This document shows positions 12,285 to 25,688 of a DNA stretch of 64,000 nt, piece after piece. Positions within the stretch are counted from its first letter, which is position 1. Each line of letters begins with the position of its first letter. The position numbers were made by a program, and so were the translations under genes. Below the pieces are notes generated by a model. It ran no database searches and was not told the DNA's origin. It was given only the letters and a program-made list of their open reading frames with translations. Source of the stretch: Octopus vulgaris (taxonomy: Eukaryota); contig OX597817.1 of the NCBI GenBank assembly GCA_951406725.2, positions 68,324,001 to 68,388,000 on the forward strand, read 5' to 3'.

Positions 12285-13074
12285 TTATAATAGGTTTGGA
12301 TTCGGAATGGAAACTATGACAAAGTTATGAACATTCTTTCATAAAGATTTCTTCGCAACATTTTGCAGTGAAGTTTCTGGGGGCAAAATTAGAAAGTAGT
12401 CAGGTGAATCAAAAATTAACGACATCTTATCTCATTACTTCACCAATCCAATCAGATTTTTATACCTTTCCAGTTCGATTCCATTCTTGATACATTCTCT
12501 CATTAAGAGGGACACTGAGGTATTTTGCCAATTTACTGCTTCTAGAATAATAGCAACTATGCCTTCCGTTGAGATCAATGTTGAAGCATTTCGAACTAGT
12601 TTTTCAATTCCAACTTTAAATAGTTCCATTGCTGATACAACAGCTTGAGCAGCATTAAATTCATTGACTGAATATTCTGAAGGTTGCTTTATATCCATCA
12701 TAACTTTTACAATACAACTGTTAAGGCACACGATTCATTCAAACATTGCAAATAAACTATTCCATCTTGTCCTGATAATAGCAGTTTATGACGATGCGCC
12801 TCTTAATATATTTCTAGGAAACCTACGAAATGAACTGACCAATGTTGCCACATTTTTTAATATCATTGCTAATCTTTAAATTTTCTTCAATGAACACTTT
12901 CCTGCAATAGGAGTTACTTCGCTAAATTCAATTTGCTGTCGGTCGACATAATTATTAAGCACGTTTATAATTGCAGAACCTACATTTTGATCATGCATGA
13001 ATCTACGTTCAAATTTGTCGACGTCGTTGTGAAAGGTGTTGATTAGATAATCTTAATTACAATTTGATTAATAA

Positions 13075-13845
13075 ATTACCACGTGCACCGTAAGCAGTGA
13101 GAATCAAAACAATGACAAACATACTCATTCTTTATATGCTCCACCAACGTGGATAAGCCAAACGCTGTTGTCTTTTGTCGACAGAGAACAATTTCTCCGT
13201 TCAAACAGTGTGTGTTCACAGCACATTTAACTCATTGTTGTAGTACTTTGAGAATCCGCCGTGTTTTGGCGTAATTGTGTCTCTTCAGTCAAAGATACCT
13301 GAACAAGAATTTTGGTTCTTGTATGTAGAAATCAGTAAAGAAATAACTTGTTGATTCGTGCTAATGTTTGTCAAATCGATTATAAAATGTCACGTGTTCC
13401 TTACTTCAATGAATCGAATGTTGTGAATAGATTGTCTCCAAGGAAAATTGCTTTCCGAAGGTTAAATACAAAAACGATTAACATATTCACACTTGAATCT
13501 GCTGCAGCATATTAAAAATGAATATTTACATCATTATTTTGGCTTCCGCTGTTTTTCCTGCAGATGACGATTTATTATCGGTTTAGCAGACATCGCGCAT
13601 CAACAAATAATTTGTTTGCTAATTTCTATAAACAAAAATTAGATCCAATGATCTGAAGTAGCATTAACTGAAGAGACACAAGTATATCGAAACATCAGGG
13701 TGTTTCCAAGCCCTCTTACATCTGTGAATCGAGTATTCTCTGAACACACATTGTATGAAAGAAAGTCGCTCTAAATATACAAACTACAACAGCGATTAGT
13801 ATATTCACCTGTTGGAGCGTATTAAGCATGAATATGTATAACAAT
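13075..13845. mobile_element. Old foldback/MITE-like element (~280-bp diverged arms) inside hAT copy A
   Basis: ~13115-13393 aligns to the reverse complement of ~13562-13840 (CGCTGTTGT, TGTGTGTTCA, TTGTGTCTCTTCAGT, TAGAAAT, TTGTTGAT); hAT coding homology resumes on both sides. Confidence 0.75.
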
Positions 13846-14766
13846 TTGATCAAATCTTCTTGTAATGGACTTTAAAAACAAAACAGATAAATGAAATCGA
13901 TTTACATAACACCGTTGATGCCGGCAGTTAGTTTCTTTACAAATTTCACCATGGCAATTACTCCAGTTGTTACGACTGCAACTATATTTTTCCATCTCAA
14001 GTTTGAATTCAGAAAGCTTTATATCTGTAAGTTCAATAATTTTTCATCAAGTCAGTTTCCATAAATTCGGATCATTCCTAATCCGAAAATTTATCAGACG
14101 GGTGTACATTTACATTTAAATATCTGCATTCATTCCAATATGCATATTCTTCTAAAGAAATACTGAATATTTTAGATTGCAACATTCTTTTAGTTATATC
14201 ATTAATTACAATTTCTTTGCTCATATCATTTTGACACTGAAGCATCTGCATTGAATGAGAACTATTCTTTGGTAAAACCAAAGTTTTATCATCTGAAATA
14301 ATTTTTCCCAACAAAAAGCCCTTATCACAATTGTATTCACAGAAAATATGTGAATAAGGATTAATTCGAATATCTTCTACAGTTTCAACCTGCTTCTGCA
14401 TAAAGAAGCTTATTTTCTCTTAGCCGATTCTTTAAGATGAAAGCTCATGTATTTCAATTGTACTTGTTTCTAATGCAATGTCTACGTGAACGGTTTGTCA
14501 ATGTTATAACGGAATCCTTATTGCGCCACAACATCACTGCTTTAAGATGGTATTCTAATATGTAAGTAGTTTCTGAATAGCCGGCCGGGAATTCCCTGTA
14601 AATACAGTACAATCCCGAAGAATACTGATTGCATTTTTAGCCAAATTTCCCCAGAAATTCGAGAACGAGAAATCCCGATAGAGAAATTCATATAGATCCA
14701 TCAATCCATTCATCGATGCATCCATCCATCTATCCATCCATATATTATGTGCCTTAGGGAATTTAA

Positions 14767-16353
14767 CACTCACTGAAGTATGTACAACCCTAAAAGGTTT
14801 CAGTAAAATTGCCATTATTCTGATAATACCAAAGGAAATTAAACGAAATTTATACTGAATAAAATATACATACAAACATTATACAAATTTGGAACACAAA
14901 ACAATAAACATTTTCAAAGATATGAACGAAATATTAATTTTCAGATGTTACAAACATATGTATACTCTAAAGGAAAATTGCTATATTCAGTATTTTATCC
15001 ACTTTTCTTTTACTGAATTCAGATATTGCTGATAATTTCAATTCTAATAAATTATTTTTTCTGGCATTTTCCCACCTGTCATTGTTATTGCATCTGCAGG
15101 AATTCTGATTTGTGTACCGTGGTGAAAAATCTTCTTCATCGTCATTAAACTGGCACCAAAAGGAAAAGAATTGTTTGAGATTTGAAGAAAATTATTTTTA
15201 ATTTGCACAAGGGTGGTTACAAGTTAATTAGCAAACGAATACATATTAGCGTAAACACAGTTGCCAAAGTAATCCAGAAGTACAAAGCTACTGAACGGCT
15301 AAACAATAAACATCGTCCAAGTAGTCCTTCCATTTTAACTGCGCGTGATATTTGCCACATCCAACGTTGCGTGATGGACGACAGGCGTCGTACCGCTTCA
15401 TCTTTGGTTCAAGAAGTGGAAAGAATGTATCCGCCCAAATAGTTCGCTGAAGTTTGGACCGGTGTGATCTTCATGGACGCATTGCTTCATAGGAAGCGTC
15501 TCCTCACTACCAGGAATAAATCAAGTCGTCTTTCTTTTGCCGAAGAGTAAGGTGGAGCTTTGGAATAAAATTCTTCGTCTAACAATGAGACTAAAATCAC
15601 CTTGCTTGGTATTAAACGAGTATGGCGACGACCGGGTGAAGATAATGGCGACAAATTCACCGAGCCTACCATGAAACACAGCAGCGCAAGTGTAATGCTT
15701 TTGAAGTGCATGAGTGCGGCTGGTGTGGGAGGACTCACATTTATTGAGAGAAAAAATTGATTCAAAGCTTTATTGTGACATATTGCAGAAAACAATGTTG
15801 AAAAGCACCAAGGAACTAGGAAGACATTCCATGTTCCAACATGATAATGACCTTAAACACACTTCAGAGGTGATGACTAAGTTTTTATCAGATAAAAAGG
15901 TAAAAGTATTACCTTGGCCTACCATGTCACCTGATTTGAATCCAATAGAATATCTGTGGGGTCTTTTGAAAAGAAGGTTGAGGAGAAAAAACCTGTAAAG
16001 TATTATACTTGAAAGACATCATTCAGGATGAATGAAGGTCAATTTCACTGATTATATGCGGAAATCTAGTCGACCATATGCCCAGAAGATTTAATGCAGT
16101 CACAAAAAGCAAGGGCAGTCACATCAAATATTGAATATAGTAAATAATCCTTTAGAGTGTACATCTTTTTGTATCGTTTGGAAATTAATATATCGCTCAT
16201 ATCTTTGAAAATGTTTATTATTTTGTATTCTAAATTTGTATAATATTTGCATGTATAATATATTTTATTCAGTATAAATTTCGTTTGATTTCCTTTGATA
16301 TTATCAGATTAATGGCAAATTACTGAAATTTTTTAGGGGTGTACAAAGTTCTG
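14767..16353 (+). mobile_element. Tc1-family transposon (IR/DR type), transposase pseudogene ~15150-16134
   Basis: ~200-bp TIRs (14767-14974 / 16148-16353) with an internal direct repeat TGTACAACCCTAAAAGG / TGTATACTCTAAAGG; paired-like HTH (GYKLISKRIHISVNTVAKVI), FQHDNDLKHTS, WPTMSPDLNPIEYLWG; multiple stops. Confidence 0.92.
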
Positions 16354-16391
<38 letters not shown>

Positions 16392-16406
16392 AACATGTAC
16401 ATATAC

Positions 16407-16451
<45 letters not shown>

Positions 16452-16484
16452 TATATATATGCATATATATACATATATACACAC

Positions 16485-16521
<37 letters not shown>

Positions 16522-16554
16522 TGTACATATATATACATATATATATATATATAT

Positions 16555-16635
<81 letters not shown>

Positions 16636-16676
16636 GATATATAGATAGATATATAGATAGATAGATAGATAGATAT

Positions 16677-16717
16677 GTTTCTTTATTAGCCACACAGGGC
16701 TGAACACAGACGGGACT
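16677..16717 (-). mobile_element. Extreme 5'-truncated Tx1-type LINE 3' tail within (GATA)n
   Basis: Reverse complement GTCCCGTCTGTGTTCAGCCCTGTGTGGCTAATAAAGAAAC resembles the LINE tail at 31085-31127; GATAGATA on both sides. Confidence 0.65.
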
Positions 16718-16744
16718 AGATAGATATACATAATATGTAACTAC

Positions 16745-16935
16745 ATGCGGATTGTTGGCGGTTTTTTTTCATCCGTCTTTCTTTCCTTTTGGACTTTGCT
16801 CTGTCTCCTGTTTCTGAAGAAGAGCTTTGCTCGAAACGTAAAAAACCCTTACTTTCCTTTCCTGAGCGTCTTATTAATACTTTTCATGTATCATGTTACT
16901 TTTTTTCTTGTTTTTTTTATCCGTTTTTTATTATG
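16745..16935 (+). mobile_element. Short non-coding repeat with minimal hammerhead motif, diverged copy 3
   Basis: GTTT-CTGAAGA-A-GAGC-TTT-GCTC-GAAA-CGTA-AAA at 16810-16843, followed by TTCCTGAGCGT...TAATAC as in copies 1 and 2. Confidence 0.7.
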
Positions 16936-16953
16936 TATATGTACATATACATG

Positions 16954-16987
<34 letters not shown>

Positions 16988-17024
16988 CATACATGCATTA
17001 TATATAAATACATATATATATATA

Positions 17025-17067
<43 letters not shown>

Positions 17068-17109
17068 ACATGTGTATGGTGGTTTGGTGAAAAAGTTTGC
17101 TCTGCAAAC

Positions 17110-18041
17110 CAGGGGTTGTTACGATTAATTTAATTTAAATTATTAACTTTTGAGAAATTAATAGTTAATTCCGATTAAAACACAAAAAATGTCTGCAGTT
17201 ACATTTATTGACATGTTTATGACATTTCAATTAAAATTCAGTTAAAAAGAAGAAATAGCACAGCCGTTTTCTTACTCAAATGTTGTTGGATAACCAGTCA
17301 CGCAAACACACCAGCATGTTAACTGTTTTTAGTGATGAGCGCGTCTTGCTAACAATGTAACCTGCAGAGCTAAATAATCGTTCACAGGGAACTTAGATAG
17401 CTGGTATGCACAGAACAGTCTTGGCAAAAAAATGCCGATTTCGGATATCGATTTTCATTAAGTTTCCACTATTGTACTGGATCAACTGATTCAGCAACTT
17501 TTTTCTCCATTTTATATTGCTGTACTTCATCTGAAGCATTTTCGACATCCTCTTCTAAGTCTGAGTCAGACTCCATCAGCATTATAACATAATAAGCTTT
17601 TCATTCGGTTCGCATATAGTTTTACTGACACTGTCAGTATAATCTTGTGCATTAGCCTTCAATCGATCATCATTAACATCAGCTGCTATTTGCTGTCCAA
17701 TAAGTAACCAAGTTTGTTATTTGGAATCGTCTGATAAACACTTCAGGTTTTTATAACGTGGATCAAGTGCTGTTGCAATCTGTAATATTTCAATTCTTTT
17801 CATGTCAGCTACACGTTTGCTGAAGTCATTAACAGTTACTGCCTTGAATCTAGTTATATAACCTGGATTATTTTATTGTTGTTACTATCGCTTCCTGACC
17901 TCCGGCACATTTATTAGTGATGAGTAGAAAATTAAATTTGAAACCGATTAATAAAAACATCAATCGTTAAAACAAAAAAATTAATCGTTGAAATAAATTA
18001 ATGATTAATCACTAATTAATCTTTAAATTCGCGTAGCCCTG
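17110..18041 (-). mobile_element. Non-autonomous hAT (Ac/ZBED-like) element inserted in a SINE head
   Basis: CAGGG...CCCTG termini, subterminal CGATTAAT repeats; minus translation DPRYKNLKCL, WKLNENRYP..AKTVLCIPAI*VPCERLFSSAGYIVSKTRSSLKTVNMLVCL; flanks 17075-17109 and 18042-18130 join into a family-1 SINE head. Confidence 0.85.
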
Positions 18042-19369
18042 CTTAGTTTCAGGTTCAGTCACAGTGTGTGGTATCTTGGGCAACAAGTCTTCTACAATGG
18101 CCGCAAACCGATGAAACCTGTTGATCGATTCTTTACGAAGGATGTTCGTATATTTCAATTACGCAATTTCTTTGTGAGCAATATTTAAATGTCAAAATTG
18201 ACATCTTTTGGAACCACCCGACATTTACCCAAGGTACCGCACTCTGTGATTGCACCCGAAACCAAATATTTGGAAAGTGTCATCCACTACACTGCCATGC
18301 CTGCGCTTATAGAATATGATCCAATGTTCTATGTGTATATGTGTGCATGCTTGTTTCACTGATTGTCAAGTTAGCAGCTCGACAAAAATCGGTCTATAGA
18401 AGAAATGTTAAAACTAAAATAAGAACAGAGGGCAATTTGATCGACTAAACTCATCATGATCATGCTCCAGTAAGAATAAAATATAAGTAATATATAAACA
18501 TATATGCATACATTACATTGACGTACATAATGTGTTGCATGTACAAGTGGCTTCGGAAGTTTCGGAATTTTCTCGCTACGTACGATCGTTCAAAGTTTTA
18601 AGTTTTGCGTAACGACGGAACGAACCATCAGTATTTCCCGAATAAATAAACTTCTTCTATTTATATTCGTACATACCAACCGAAAGATGTATATGTTTAA
18701 GCATCTAGTTGTCTGCCTATTCATGTGTGCGAGTGTCACGGCGTTGTATTTGCAAGCGTTTCCAGTTCCAAAATAACTTATCGGACTACATGCAACACAC
18801 ACGAAAAAAAAAAAGATTAATATTGAGTGGTATTAAATTTAGTGTTACTATTAACATACGCAACTTCACACCTCATTAGTTAAAGTTGTATGCTAGGAGA
18901 CCAACCTCAGGCGAGGATGATTAATGGTGATAGGAAATGTATGGTCCGACTATAAAGCAGGAATAGAACAACTTTTGCAAATTTCCGGTGTGTTTATTAG
19001 AAAAATTCCGGAAAAGAGACAATCTTTATTGTCCAAATTAATTCAGTTCAAGTGTATTACTATACTTGAAGATTAAATTTTTTATCCCATGGAAGCAGCA
19101 TTTGGATGTTTATTTGGATTGTTTGTTAAGAATATCTGTTTTAGTTATAATTTGGTGGTAATTTTTCTCATTACACAGAATCCATATTATTCATTTACTC
19201 AGGGACTCCCTGCCTTGTAATATTAGCATATCAAATATTTATTCAAGCAAAAGTAATCTAGTAGATAAAGATCTGTAGCATCTAAATGGCTCTGAAGCAA
19301 ACTCCTTATCAGTTTACTATATCACGTCGAATCAAATTATAGCGTCTGTGGTAATATAAATACATACAT

Positions 19370-20300
19370 ACATGCACCAGAGTAAAAACATACGGCAGCC
19401 TGAACTCTCCTCTTACTACAAGACAATATCCCATAATGCATTTTCAGTACCAGTACTGATTCCAACATTTGGGATACTCGACTAGTCTGAAAAAGAAATC
19501 CACTCCATAGACATTAAAACCCGTAAGATATTAACATCAACAGGAAATCTCCACAATAATCGTGATATCGACAGGCTCTACCTAAGAAGAGATAAAGGAA
19601 GTAGGGGTTTGAGATCAGTGCAGACAGCCTTTAAATGTCACATAGTCTCTTTCAGACAGCACTTGCTAAACAACAGCATCAAAAATAAATACATTAACTT
19701 AGTGCTGAAAAGTGAAGAAAACGATATCCTGCGTGTTGGAAGTGAGTTCCTCAGGAAATATTCTCTTCCTGATGACCTCCCATGCAACCCCAAGTCAGAT
19801 GGATTAGCAGACCTCAAAGAAGACCTGGAGGTGAAACGCTCAGTATACCAGAAAAAGACCATGCATGGGTCTGTTTCTCGTTGACTTGAAGAAGATATTA
19901 ACATTGACATGAAGCGAAGCCTCTCTTGCACTCATGATCGTTACATCACATCACACTTTGAAGGCCATGCATTTGCAATCCAATGAGATTGCTACAAAAT
20001 ATCTAGTCAACAAAAGAGACAGAGAAGCCCTTGGCGTTCTAAGATGCAACCGTTAATATAGATTATGTCATATTTCTGTGGATATATCACACATGTGATT
20101 AGCAGCTGCCCAGAAATGTCATCAAGGTACTACCTCCCTTTGCGACATGAGATTATCGCAAAAACAATATACAATGCCAATCGGAGGAGAAAAAAAAAAT
20201 TTGGAGTAAGTATAGAGAATTTCTCTGTTATTGAATATGTATACAAATATCAGCATAAGGAATGCTGGTGGCATATTCCCATCAAAACATCTGTCAATTA
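19370..20300 (+). mobile_element. Dong/R4-clade RLE LINE fragment (RT thumb, CCHC knuckle)
   Basis: HNAFSVPVLIPTFGILD*SEKEIHSIDIKTRKILT...DIDRLYLRRDKGSRGL; FEGHAFAIQ, EIATKYL, RLC..., HVISSCPEMSSRYYLPLRHE; ends near (ATT)n. Confidence 0.88.
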
Positions 20301-20829
20301 GCCAAAAGAATTATTATTATTATTAAATTTCAGGGTAGTAAAATAGTCAATAGACTATATATTATTCATTATATTATACAGTGTACATTTAAACACATAA
20401 GAGAAGGCTATAATCGGACATCTAAACTGCTAGAAGGAGTAGTTAAAATCCAAAACCACAAATAGGGGTAATTTCGAAAGGGAATTAAAAATAAAATATT
20501 TACCATCTGTTTCGTGGACATGGTTTCGCGCCTAGCAAATTACTTTGTTTGATGAAGATATTATTGCGTTCCAGCAACCAGTATATTTAAATAACCGTTA
20601 CTTTTGTATATGTATATGCATATTTGTTAATGCATTTGTTCACGTGTGCGTGTAATGTGTGGAAAAACAGAAGTATCCGTTACAAAATTATCAATATTTT
20701 GATACGATTACTTAGAAATTAAAACAATATTCCTAATTTATATTATTAGTTATGATAAATCGAAATGTTAGTAAAGTTTTTAATGACTTAAGCAGTTTGT
20801 TATAATTCACTCAGTTGTAATCTCTACTA

Positions 20830-20866
<37 letters not shown>

Positions 20867-20869
20867 GTT

Positions 20870-20917
<48 letters not shown>

Positions 20918-21030
20918 ATAGCAGTAGTATTAGTCGCAGTAGTAGAATTTATTATTAATATCATTATTACTATTAGTAGTAGTAGTATTTGTTGTTGTTG
21001 TTGTTATTATTATTATTGTTGTTGTTATTA

Positions 21031-21110
<80 letters not shown>

Positions 21111-21112
21111 TA
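20830..21112. repeat. Compound (ATT)n/(AGT)n/(GTT)n microsatellite
   Basis: Directly visible. Confidence 0.97.
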
Positions 21113-21413
21113 TTCATTATTTATTTATTTTTTATTTATAAACCATAGTTCCCTGTATATAATATTTTTACTGCATTTGTGGGTGCGTTTGTTAATGTGT
21201 TGAAAGTTACTAGACGATGACGAATCAAAACTACTTAATTTAGCTAAGTTGAATATTACATCATCAATATAAGTGCACACTATATCTATTTATAACAGTG
21301 AGAATAGATACCAACGATCATAACTGAGAAAAGCATTAACGCTAATAAATCAAAATTAATAAAAATTAAAACCTTTATGATAACACGTAGTATCTTTAAC
21401 TTAGAATTACCCG

Positions 21414-21631
21414 TTACTTTACTCTTTTACCCTTTAACTTGTTTCAGTCATTTGACTGCGGTCATGCTGGAGCACCGCCTTTAGTCGAGGAAATCGACCC
21501 CAGGACTTATTCTTTGTAAGCCGAGTACTTATTCTATCGGTTTTTTTTGTCGAACCGCTAAGTTACGGGGATGTAAACACACCAGCATCGGTTGTCAAGC
21601 GATGTTGGGGGGACAAACCCAGACACACAAG

Positions 21632-21679
<48 letters not shown>

Positions 21680-21805
21680 CGACAGGTTTCTTTCAGTTTC
21701 CGTCTACCAAATCCACTCACAAGGCTTTGGTCGGCCTGAGACTATAGTAGAAAACACTTGCCCAAGGTGCCACACAGTGGGACTGAACCCGGAACCATGT
21801 GGTTG
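21414..21805 (-). mobile_element. tRNA-derived SINE family 1, 5'-truncated
   Basis: Closely similar to 52855-53235, including the internal (CA)/(TA) microsatellite and the TACTCTTT tail. Confidence 0.92.
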
Positions 21806-22044
21806 AATAATCACAGATTCCTGAGACATGTACTTAAATTAACGTACTAGTAACCTTTATATAATACAGTTACCCGTAAGTAAAACCTTATATCTATATT
21901 TACTATTTATTTTATATTTTAATAATAATAGTATATCTACTAAGAATTATTTAATAATTTTAGTTACAATTTTTGGCATAGTAATCCTATGATACCACCT
22001 AATTTATAGTCATAGTAATCCTTACATGATGTTTAATTTAATGG

Positions 22045-22935
<891 letters not shown>

Positions 22936-23049
22936 TATTTTTATAATCACTTTAAGAGGATTTTTATCCTTGTTTAAATTATATATACATACATAAATAC
23001 ATACACACACACACACACACACAAGCACACACACATATATATATACCAT

Positions 23050-23730
23050 TACATAGGTTGAAAATACAATTTAAACGGAGAATCGCGATCCATGAGAATT
23101 CTTTTAGAAATAAGCATAAAATCAACAGTATTAGTCTCAGCGAACTTATATGGATGTTAAAAGATAATGGGGAAAATTATAAAATTAAATGGGAGGTTGT
23201 AAGCCATGCCAGAGCTGATCAAATTTCAGATAGATATCAATTACATACAGAAGAAAATTTTCGGATAATAAAATTCAAACATAGATTGATTAACCCCTGG
23301 AAAGAAATTATTTAGTTTGCTGTCACTACTCGAAGTATATTTTTAGAAAATTTAATAGTTAAATAAATAATTAATAACAAAACTGAACATTAGATATACA
23401 ATATATAATATATAATACGTATAATATATAAAATCTAAGCACAAATTAATCCAGGAAGAGTGAATATTCTAACTTGTTAGAATGAACCTAAGTATATTTT
23501 AGAAATATGTGGCTGCTCCACCTTGATAAGGAGCAACTACCCCGAAACCAGTCTGCGGATGTCAAACCAGTAAGGAGAAGTTGATGACCTGCCCTGTTCG
23601 AAGGTTTATAAACGCAGGTTTGTGCGTCATATATCTAGCTAGAGGCGATCGCCTCTTGGAGCTAATCATCAGCATTTGTCCTATTTCTCTGGATTGTCAC
23701 GTTAGTTTGGCAATAAATATTAATACCCTG
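23050..23730 (+). mobile_element. Penelope-like element 3' end (GIY-YIG C-terminus + terminal region with degenerate hammerhead)
   Basis: YIG(fs)KIQFKRRIAIHENSFRNKHKINSISLSELIWMLKDNGENYKIKWEVV...TEENFRII; downstream TTGATAA-GGAG-CAACTA-CCCC-GAAA-CCAGTC at ~23523-23553. Confidence 0.82.
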
Positions 23731-25128
23731 TACTGCTGCTGTATTTCTCCTTTAGAGAGATTTAGAAATTATAACATTTCTAAAATTTAATAAATAATAA
23801 TGAAAATAAACATTTACGGTATAAGCATAATATAATAGGTATAACTTATTTTACAAACCAAACATAGGATAAAAATAATATAAATATAAATAATATATAC
23901 TATATATTATATAAGATAATACTTAAATATCAATTTGATAATAATATTAAATGCTGATCTTTATTAATTAATCAGATAATATAATGCATCTTATTTTAGC
24001 TTCATATATTATAATTCTATCGATAGCACCAATATTGAAGACGTAATATACTTAATATATCTACGTACTAATCTTAACATGCATGTAAAGTAAGGCCATA
24101 TCCATATATGTGTTATCTTTCACATACAAATTTATAATGTTATAATAGAATAATCTATGAATCAATAGCTAAATATAAATATAATTACTTTACTAATTAT
24201 CTTACTGTTTCATATTATAATAATTATGATTGGCTTTTATGATTGACTTCTTCATGAATTAGATAAACGAATATAAGGGAATATATAAGTATACTAACAA
24301 ACTGATTTGACTTCATAACAGGTTACTAACATACATGCATACTTACACACAAATAATTCAACTGAGACAGTAAACATCTATACACACACACACACACATA
24401 AACAATCATACATAAACTGAAATGGGCTATGAATATCCATACCTATAAATACGTATATATTTATAGAAATATTCGATAACCTTTTACTACTACATATACA
24501 CACTTACGCACTAATAAAGGAATTTAAGAAGTAACAACCTGTAAACGCACACATACACATTCATACATACGATGACTTACATACTCGTATTCAATAATCT
24601 TATGCCGACACACACACATACATGCACATAAATTAACTTAGGCAGTAAACATACGTACATACACATACGAGCACACATATAAACGCACGATCATGCATTC
24701 ACACATAAAACAAAATGGACCACGGACGTCTACGTTTTGTAAAAAAAAAACTTTTATTTCATTTTTATTCTCTTCATTTTTTCATCATTGATATATTTCA
24801 TTATTTTCATGATTTACTATCAATCTTTATTTTTATCCTTATTTTCATTTTTATATACTTTAATTCGTTATAATTATTATTATTAACGTATTTAAATAAA
24901 AAATAAAAATATCAACGCATGCGCGCTCACACACACACACACACACACACAATAAACACGTTTTCATCTGTTGGAGTATTTCATCTGATCAAAATGTCCG
25001 TTTTGCTCTGTAGATCTTACACCCAGCATACTCAAAAGGCAAACGTATATTATTATATTTGTTTTGTAATTTAAATTGTGTGCGAAGTGAAACAATTGTA
25101 GGCAATGTTAAATGCATACATACATGCA

Positions 25129-25316
<188 letters not shown>

Positions 25317-25319
25317 TTT

Positions 25320-25524
25320 GTTTATTAAGGCTACTACTGGTTTCATATTGTGGAATGCCTCAACAATTATCATGAATATCCCTTGGAACATCGGCGATCG
25401 TCTCCATTTTGGATTAAAATGGTGTTTTAACCCAAAATGGAGACGATCGCTGATGTTCCAGGTGATAGGCTTGAAAATTGTTGGAGTATACCTTAATATG
25501 ATGCCAATGGTAGCCTTAATAAAC
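25320..25524. repeat. Imperfect palindrome, ~100-bp arms, 3-nt loop
   Basis: GTTTATTAAGGCTAC...TGGAACATCGGCGATCGTCTCCATTTTGGATTAAAAT-GGT-GTTTTAACCCAAAATGGAGACGATCGCTGATGTTCCA...GTAGCCTTAATAAAC. Confidence 0.92.
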
Positions 25525-25584
25525 CAATAAAGATTCTTCATCTAACAATGCGGTGTATACATACATACATACACACACAGAGAC

Positions 25585-25618
<34 letters not shown>

Positions 25619-25645
25619 ATATATATATGTAATATATATATAATA

Positions 25646-25688
<43 letters not shown>

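Larger units (their letters stand above)
10200..14690 (-). mobile_element. Old hAT transposon (copy A), interrupted by Chapaev3 and a foldback element
   Basis: Minus translations IVAVVTTG..MVKF (~13990-13930), RWNSLFAMFE..CLNSCIVKVMMDIKQP...TLISTEGIV (~12770-12435) and dimerisation-domain remnant ALSNISSNSIEVES..LFLTKLQPSLSNKT (~10320-10205); colinear with 55480-58530; CCCG/GGGAA-rich subterminal region 14580-14690. Confidence 0.8.

Noticed and set aside
16304-16693. YIYI/THTH/LSIY ORFs here and throughout the ORF track
   Set aside because: Translations of (TA)n, (CA)n and (TATC)n microsatellites.
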